Below the pieces are notes generated by a model. The model made no database searches and had not been told where the DNA came from. It saw nothing but the letters and a program-made list of their open reading frames with translations. A stretch of 49,744 nucleotides of DNA. Origin: Candidatus Eiseniibacteriota bacterium (GTDB lineage Bacteria > Arandabacterota > Arandabacteria > Arandabacterales > Arandabacteraceae). The first letter of the stretch is position 1, and each line of letters starts with the position of its first letter. A program made the position numbers and the translations under genes. The stretch covers positions 1 through 49,744 of the forward strand of contig JBDRNT010000014.1 of NCBI GenBank assembly GCA_043810925.1, written 5' to 3'. Shown here piece after piece: positions 44,315 through 49,744 of this stretch.

Positions 44315-46264
44315 TCAGTTTGTGCGTTTCCCTTTCCTTCCCCAGAGGCCCGAGAAGAACGGTTTCTTCTTCTCCGCTATCCTCTGGCTTTGCTCAAGCA
44401 CGAAATCTTTGAAGCTCGAGGCAAAGACGGCGAGGTCGCCGTCTTCTTCCCTTAAGAAACCCCTCCTGAGAAGGTCTTCGCTCACAAACTTGTGTTGCTT
44501 GCTTATGCTTCTTCCCGTGGCGACCCGGCAGAGGCTCTGCTTGGATACGTCATCCATCCTGCCCCAGATGAAGCTGTAGTGGGGATAGACCTCTTCCTTA
44601 AACGATCGCGAGACTTCCTCCCAGTCCGGTTCGGCCTCCGGGTTTTCGATGAAGAACTCAAAGAGATATGAACAGGCGACCTGAACGTAAAGCGGAAAGC
44701 ATCCGGAAAGTTCCAGCACCTTGTCGGCGTACCGGCCAAGCGGGACACCCTCCCTCTCCGAAGGGACAGTGACCAGTTCGACAGCCTCATCCCGGTTGAA
44801 GGGACGCAGCGGCAGGTTTGAGAAAATGTTGAAAAACGGGGAGTCCGCTATGTCCTTGTTGTGGCACATCTGCTGGAGCTCCATGTATGACGACGTCACA
44901 TACGCGACCATGAAGTTGTTGGCAAGAAACCGCAGGAATGAGAAGAACGGCATATCGAAGTTCTCGTTCTTCGTTATTGCTTCGAACTCATCCATCAAGA
45001 CAATTATCCGCTTGCCCTGCTCGTTCAGTTTCTGGATTACGTCCTTAAGCTGATCCAGACTCTTATCGCCGTCGGTTCCGCTTATCTCCTTCGCCTCTTC
45101 GTACTTGAACATGCTGAACAGGATATCTATGAACTTCGGGATCGTCAGATCGGCGCTCCGCTGGAAATCCATGAATATGAATATTGAGCTGTCATGGTTT
45201 TGCATGAAGCGCTTGCGGTTCTTTCTTTGATATATGTAGTTGAGTAGCGATGACTTCCCGATTCGCCGCTCCCCCACCACCGATATCGACTGCGGATGCG
45301 GGGCGTCCAGGCGTGAGTAGATTCTCTTGACCTCGCGGTCCCGCCCGAAGAAATCCTCGGGGTTCTTGAGCATAACCCTGTTGAGATAAGGGTTTCTCTT
45401 GCCACGCTTTACACGCGTTACCACCTCCGACGGGATGGTCACGCTTGAGTCCAGCGAACGCTCTTCGAGCCTCTTGAAGGCCTCGCCAAGCTCGGTGAAA
45501 TCCCTGTAGCGGTCGTCTGGATCCTTTTCCAGGCACCTCAGGATGATGTCCTTGAGTTCCGAGGGCATGTCTCCGGCGAACTTGATGTCACGTTCGTTCA
45601 CAATCTGGTACAGCACCGAGGCGGGGTGCTCGGCTTCAAATGGGAAATGCCCCGTCAGCAGGCGAAACAGGCCCACTCCGAATGCAAAAATATCGACCCG
45701 TTCATCGATGTCCCCGCCGGTTATGCCCTCGGGCGAGAGGTAATAGGGCGTCCCCATAAGATCGGCACTCGTCTGTCCGGTGGCACTCATAAGTTTGGCG
45801 AGGCCGAAATCCAGTATCTTGACCTGGTCGCGGCCGCCGACCATGATGTTCCTCAAGGACAGGTCCCGGTGGATGATCCCCTGACCGTGTGCATATGACA
45901 TTGCACCGCAGACCTGGCCCGCAAGCGTGATGACCTGCCCGGATGAGAGCGGCGTCTTCTGCGCCATCGCCATCAGCGAGGGCCCATCGACGAGTTCGAG
46001 CACCAGGTACGGGCGACCCTCAAACTCGCCGAAGTCGAAGACTGTTACGATGTTGGGGTGCATGAGTTTCGCCATCATCTCCGATTCACGAAGGAACCTT
46101 CGCTTGAAATCTTCCTCGTAACCGATATCAGTCAGGATCTTGATGGCTACGTCGCGCTTGAGATTGAGATCCGATCCGCGGTACACCTTGCCGAAGCCTC
46201 CCTGCCCGATCCTCTCATCTATGCGGTACTTATCAGCGATCACTTTGCCGATCATTCCATGCAC
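44315..46264 (-). CDS. Hanks-type protein kinase fused to a STAND-like P-loop ATPase
   Basis: GQGGFGKV, VAIK, HRDLSLRN, DFG, GTPYYLSPE; then NPY...FFGR, GERRIGKSS, VLMDEFE. No TM. Confidence 0.88.
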   Translation of the reverse strand: MHGMIGKVIADKYRIDERIGQGGFGKVYRGSDLNLKRDVAIKILTDIGYEEDFKRRFLRESEMMAKLMHPNIVTVFDFGEFEGRPYLVLELVDGPSLMAMAQKTPLSSGQVITLAGQVCGAMSYAHGQGIIHRDLSLRNIMVGGRDQVKILDFGLAKLMSATGQTSADLMGTPYYLSPEGITGGDIDERVDIFAFGVGLFRLLTGHFPFEAEHPASVLYQIVNERDIKFAGDMPSELKDIILRCLEKDPDDRYRDFTELGEAFKRLEERSLDSSVTIPSEVVTRVKRGKRNPYLNRVMLKNPEDFFGRDREVKRIYSRLDAPHPQSISVVGERRIGKSSLLNYIYQRKNRKRFMQNHDSSIFIFMDFQRSADLTIPKFIDILFSMFKYEEAKEISGTDGDKSLDQLKDVIQKLNEQGKRIIVLMDEFEAITKNENFDMPFFSFLRFLANNFMVAYVTSSYMELQQMCHNKDIADSPFFNIFSNLPLRPFNRDEAVELVTVPSEREGVPLGRYADKVLELSGCFPLYVQVACSYLFEFFIENPEAEPDWEEVSRSFKEEVYPHYSFIWGRMDDVSKQSLCRVATGRSISKQHKFVSEDLLRRGFLREEDGDLAVFASSFKDFVLEQSQRIAEKKKPFFSGLWGRKGKRTN

Positions 46265-46267
46265 CTC

Positions 46268-48460
46268 TCAATCAGCAAATCTGTGCCGTATGGTCACCGA
46301 TTCACCTGACTCCAGCGTTACTTGCTCGCTATGTGAACCCAGTTGCGGATGCTCAAGGACAACCGTATATGTCCCGGGGCGAAGCTCGATCTCGTGGTAG
46401 GTCACATCGTCCCGGATGAGGCGGCCGTCTATCGAAAGGGCCGCATAAGGCTCGACATTGAAAATGATCGTACCCGGAGGCAGCTCTTCAAGCGTCGCCT
46501 CGATCTTCTCATTCGGCTTCGAAACGTCTATGTTCTTCGCGTACCCGGCATAGCCCGGCTTGGCTATCTTAAGTTCATGGCGCCCGTAAGTTACCCTGTC
46601 CACAATACACGGCGTCGAGCCGACGTATTCGCCATCAAGCTCGACCCTCGCATCCGGCGGCAGCGACGTTATGCTGAGGGCACCGCCCATCCTCACAAAA
46701 CTGTGGCTGATTGTTATTGTCGAATCCTCGTGTATTCGAACCGCATCGAACGCCCCTGGCCGGTACCCCGGAAGCTCGAGCTGAACGCGGTGCGGAACAT
46801 TGGCGGAGAGCCGACTGACCACAGCGGGAGTGGCTATCCCGGTGTTCTCACCATCGATGTGTACGATCGCCCCGGGAGGGTCTGACACGATTTCAAGGTC
46901 GCCTGCATACTCCGCGAGTCCGAAAAGCAGGTCTCTGGACTCGTTCTCCTCAAGGGCCAGTATCTCGATGACGGTCTTATAACCGGTGAGCTCCGCTCTC
47001 AGGACCTTGCTGTCAACAGGGACCCGGGCTTCACTGACGGGTGACATCCCGATCCAGGCGTCATCGACGAACACGTTGGCTTTGGGTGGATCGGTCTCGA
47101 TGTTGAGGGTCGCGTACGCGACCGGCTCCCCGGGAGGCCCCCCCTCGCCTCGTGTCACAACCCGGACTAGAACTGCGGCGAAAACCACCGCGACCGTCAC
47201 CACTGCAAGTATCACGTTTCTCTTTCCGCGACGCTCCGCCTGAACAGCGCGAATGCCCTTCCCCGGCGCACCTTCCTCGATGCGTTCCATCTCATCGATC
47301 ACCTGCCAGATCGAGTGCATACGTGTCACCCAGAGACGCCACATATCCATCTTGAACTGGTAGGTGTCACCGTCGCCGTTTTTGATCAGCACATCGTGAT
47401 GGAAGAGGTTTTCAAGACACTTGCTCAACTCATTTACGTCGATCCGGTAGCCGATATTCTCCCGTTTCGCATAGCCTATGATGTCCTTTGCAGAAACCGG
47501 CCCAGGTCGCTCTTTTCGCATCTCGGCAATGACGGAGAGACCCAACTTTTCCAGGTCCTCGAGTGCGTTCCAGCTGAAGATCATCTGGGGAAGCGGGTTC
47601 TCGATGATCTCATCAACCACCCGCCTGACATCGGCGGAATCCACATCGTTCTTACGGTTTTCGTTCAAGTGATCGACCAGAGATTGACAAAGCACCTGGG
47701 TGTAGAAAGGCTGACCGGCGGTCAGCTTGAATATGCTGTCGGGGATGTCATCCCCGTAGTGGACCCGTCCCTCAACCGGCTTGAGCACCAGCCGCAGAGT
47801 GTCACCATGGCTCAGGAAACTTATCCTCTGGTGAAGCGCCTTGCTTAAGAAGACGTCCCAATACGGCTTGTTGCGGGCCTCAAGGTTGTCCGATCCCGTC
47901 ATTACGACAAAGACCTTCTTGTGTTCTACCAGATTCGCCAGCAGGTTGAGTATGTGAGTGCTTATGACCCCGGAGTCTATGTGGGTTTCGAAGAGCTCAT
48001 ACTCATCGAACATAAGGATCAGTTTCTTGCCGCCGACATGCCGGTTTATCTTCAGCACCAGGTTCTCGAACGCGGCAAAGGGATTGTCATCCCACTGCGG
48101 CTGTGTCGATTCGAGGGTGATGTCGCAGTGGCCGACCGCGGTAACGATCTCCCGGGCGACTTTGGTCAGGAAGTCCCGATCGTTGTTTATCATCATGGAC
48201 TGCATATCCGTCAACACGGGCAGGAAATCACCACCGAGCCGTCCACCGAGAATCTGGAAGAGTATCGAGGTCTTCCCGCTGCGGCGCGCCCCGCACAGGA
48301 CTATGATGCCCCCCTCTTTTCCGCCGAAGAACTTCCTCTTAACATAGGCGAAGTCATCTTCGCGCCCGAAGAACATCCCGGGGTCCCTGATCGGGTTTCC
48401 TACGATATAGGGATTGGCAATCGGCTGGAAGGCGTCCGGACCTGCACGCTCAGCGTTCAC
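46268..48460 (-). CDS. STAND-like ATPase with TM helix and four PEGA domains
   Basis: NPY.VG.P...FFGRE, GARRSGKTS, LMFDEYE, GQPFY.Q; TM VILAVVTVAVVFAAVLV; four repeats of L.I.S.PP.A.V.[IV]DG. Confidence 0.85.
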   Translation of the reverse strand: MNAERAGPDAFQPIANPYIVGNPIRDPGMFFGREDDFAYVKRKFFGGKEGGIIVLCGARRSGKTSILFQILGGRLGGDFLPVLTDMQSMMINNDRDFLTKVAREIVTAVGHCDITLESTQPQWDDNPFAAFENLVLKINRHVGGKKLILMFDEYELFETHIDSGVISTHILNLLANLVEHKKVFVVMTGSDNLEARNKPYWDVFLSKALHQRISFLSHGDTLRLVLKPVEGRVHYGDDIPDSIFKLTAGQPFYTQVLCQSLVDHLNENRKNDVDSADVRRVVDEIIENPLPQMIFSWNALEDLEKLGLSVIAEMRKERPGPVSAKDIIGYAKRENIGYRIDVNELSKCLENLFHHDVLIKNGDGDTYQFKMDMWRLWVTRMHSIWQVIDEMERIEEGAPGKGIRAVQAERRGKRNVILAVVTVAVVFAAVLVRVVTRGEGGPPGEPVAYATLNIETDPPKANVFVDDAWIGMSPVSEARVPVDSKVLRAELTGYKTVIEILALEENESRDLLFGLAEYAGDLEIVSDPPGAIVHIDGENTGIATPAVVSRLSANVPHRVQLELPGYRPGAFDAVRIHEDSTITISHSFVRMGGALSITSLPPDARVELDGEYVGSTPCIVDRVTYGRHELKIAKPGYAGYAKNIDVSKPNEKIEATLEELPPGTIIFNVEPYAALSIDGRLIRDDVTYHEIELRPGTYTVVLEHPQLGSHSEQVTLESGESVTIRHRFAD

Positions 48461-48472
48461 CCAAGAATCCTC

Positions 48473-49270
48473 CTACTGGCCCGGTGGCGGCGGCGGTCCG
48501 GGCAGGGGTTCCGCCCCGGCGGGCTCATCCCCACCCAGCCGGGTAGCGACCAGCACCCCCGTAAGCAATGCCGCGGGACCGATACGCATAAGCCACCATC
48601 CTCTTCCACGCTCCTTCTGGAGCGAGAGCGGAACACTCGTCTGGTATGAGGGCTCGATCCGAATTGGTGTCGATTCATCGTTGTATCCCGGTCTGGTCAC
48701 ATTCAGGATGTATTCACCGACGGGTACGTACTCGAGGTTCAGCGGAGAGAAGCCCACGAACTCATCGCCCAGGAAGATCCGGCAGGAGTCCGGCTTGGTC
48801 GCCACATTGAGTCCGCCGAACATCTCGTCCCTCAGCCGATCGTATGCCTGGTTGACACTGGGAGGGAAATAGACAGGATCGGCGGCAAGATCGGGAAAGC
48901 GGGTCAGTGCTTCCTTCGCACTCGCGGCGACGGCGGCCTCATCTCGTTTCGACAGCAATGTGAAGACAAGGTCATTGTATGCACGCCGCGCCACTTCTTC
49001 AGACACGGAATAGCCGCTGATGAGGGTCTCGAGCACACCGATCGCCTCATCATACCGGCCCTGGGAGCGCAGCGAACTCACTTCTTCGAACCAGTCATAG
49101 ATCGTAACATCATCCGGTGCGTCCGCGGGCTGGGCGAGAATCGCGGAGGGACCGGAGGTCATCAGGATAAATGAGAGAATCAACCCCAGATTGACAGCTC
49201 GTGCAAGGACCGGGATTGTGCCCTGACCCGGCATCCCGCCCACTCCTTTCAATCTCGCGCTCCAGAACAT
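48473..49270 (-). CDS. Exported TPR-like + PEGA domain protein with C-terminal hydrophobic segment
   Basis: Signal-like N-terminus, helical QGRYDEAI..LE, PEGA (GGLNVATKPDSCRIFL...VG.SP), WW..TM and LPGPPPPP tail. The start may be the ATG at 49234. Confidence 0.72.
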   Translation of the reverse strand: MFWSARLKGVGGMPGQGTIPVLARAVNLGLILSFILMTSGPSAILAQPADAPDDVTIYDWFEEVSSLRSQGRYDEAIGVLETLISGYSVSEEVARRAYNDLVFTLLSKRDEAAVAASAKEALTRFPDLAADPVYFPPSVNQAYDRLRDEMFGGLNVATKPDSCRIFLGDEFVGFSPLNLEYVPVGEYILNVTRPGYNDESTPIRIEPSYQTSVPLSLQKERGRGWWLMRIGPAALLTGVLVATRLGGDEPAGAEPLPGPPPPPGQ

Positions 49271-49386
49271 CCGACAACACTGGAGTTCCGTTCGCGTGTG
49301 CAGCAGCCACGTTCTAAGGGATGTGAGGATGATGCTGTCTACGCTCGCGCTCTGAGACAGCGTTCCCCGTGCGCACCTGCCCGGCT

Positions 49387-49416
49387 ATCTTACACCAGGA
49401 CAGGCAGATTGATCAA
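49387..49416 (-). promoter_or_regulatory. Possible sigma70 promoter for the PEGA/STAND/kinase locus
   Basis: TTGATC-N18-TAAGAT. Confidence 0.4.
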
Positions 49417-49482
49417 GAAAATAAGCGCACCGCAAGGTCTTGAGTGATCTCGTTTGCAGGTCAACGTGCGGATCGGGGCGGG

Positions 49483-49743
49483 CTACTCCAGCAGCGGTTC
49501 AACGACTCCGGGGTCGAGCCGAATCATCCTGTAAACCTGTACGCGCCGCCCTTCTTCAGTGGCGGGATTCAACCACTCCCAGACTATCTCACCCGCCATC
49601 GTGACTTCGATGGCCCTGCCGTTGTCCCCGTCACATATCAGGGTATTGCCGTTGGGCAACCTCTGGGCCGATCCCTTCTGTTCCGAATAGAAGCTCCGGG
49701 GCGGATCACCGATATACTGCCACTTGACCGTCTCTGTGACGGG
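49483..49743 (-). CDS. Arylsulfotransferase (ASST)-family beta-propeller protein, C-terminal part (5' truncated)
   Basis: Manual translation ...FYSEQKGSAQRLPNGNTLICDGDNGRAIEVTMAGEIVWEW...VYRMIR*; absent from the ORF track. Confidence 0.78.
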   Translation of the reverse strand, partial: PVTETVKWQYIGDPPRSFYSEQKGSAQRLPNGNTLICDGDNGRAIEVTMAGEIVWEWLNPATEEGRRVQVYRMIRLDPGVVEPLLE

Positions 49744-49744
49744 A

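Noticed and set aside
49271-49386. Leader hairpin (GCTGTCT...AGACAGC) as a possible riboswitch
   Set aside because: There is only one modest stem, and no aptamer consensus could be recognised by eye.
1-49744. tRNA, rRNA or CRISPR array
   Set aside because: No cloverleaf, rRNA-like sequence or repeat-spacer array was seen in any intergenic gap (manual inspection only).

Overview
A GC-rich bacterial chromosomal window, mostly coded on the - strand. The gene content (mlaFED, C-terminal 'LHQNYPNPF' FlgD/T9SS-like tail, udg-dnaB order) suggests a diderm, possibly FCB-superphylum organism; this is inference. The backbone is housekeeping: yicC-remA-gmk-rpoZ-coaBC-udg-dnaB-mlaEFD-PIN/TRAM-ispD-ispF-ddl-M42-btpA-cysS; rqcH; pyk; mobB-ispG-thiL-M20-nnr-acpS. 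Accessory material lies on top of it. (1) A RAYT-like HUH/Y1 transposase is bracketed by perfect 24-bp inverted repeats. A 97-bp non-coding mini-element carries the same ends, and about 13 copies of the motif occur in the window, repeatedly at gene stop codons. (2) A stand-alone SIR2-like gene is flanked by a 119-bp direct repeat that is a duplicated sigma70 promoter. (3) An SPL-like radical SAM gene is coupled to an endonuclease V homologue lacking most catalytic residues. (4) A four-gene PEGA / STAND-ATPase / kinase-ATPase / 14x FG-GAP locus is present. (5) GTAG- and CGTC-type REP hairpins, an aquaporin Z remnant and several apparently leaderless genes also occur. No tRNA, rRNA or CRISPR array was seen. 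All calls come from motif recognition by eye; no database searches were run.
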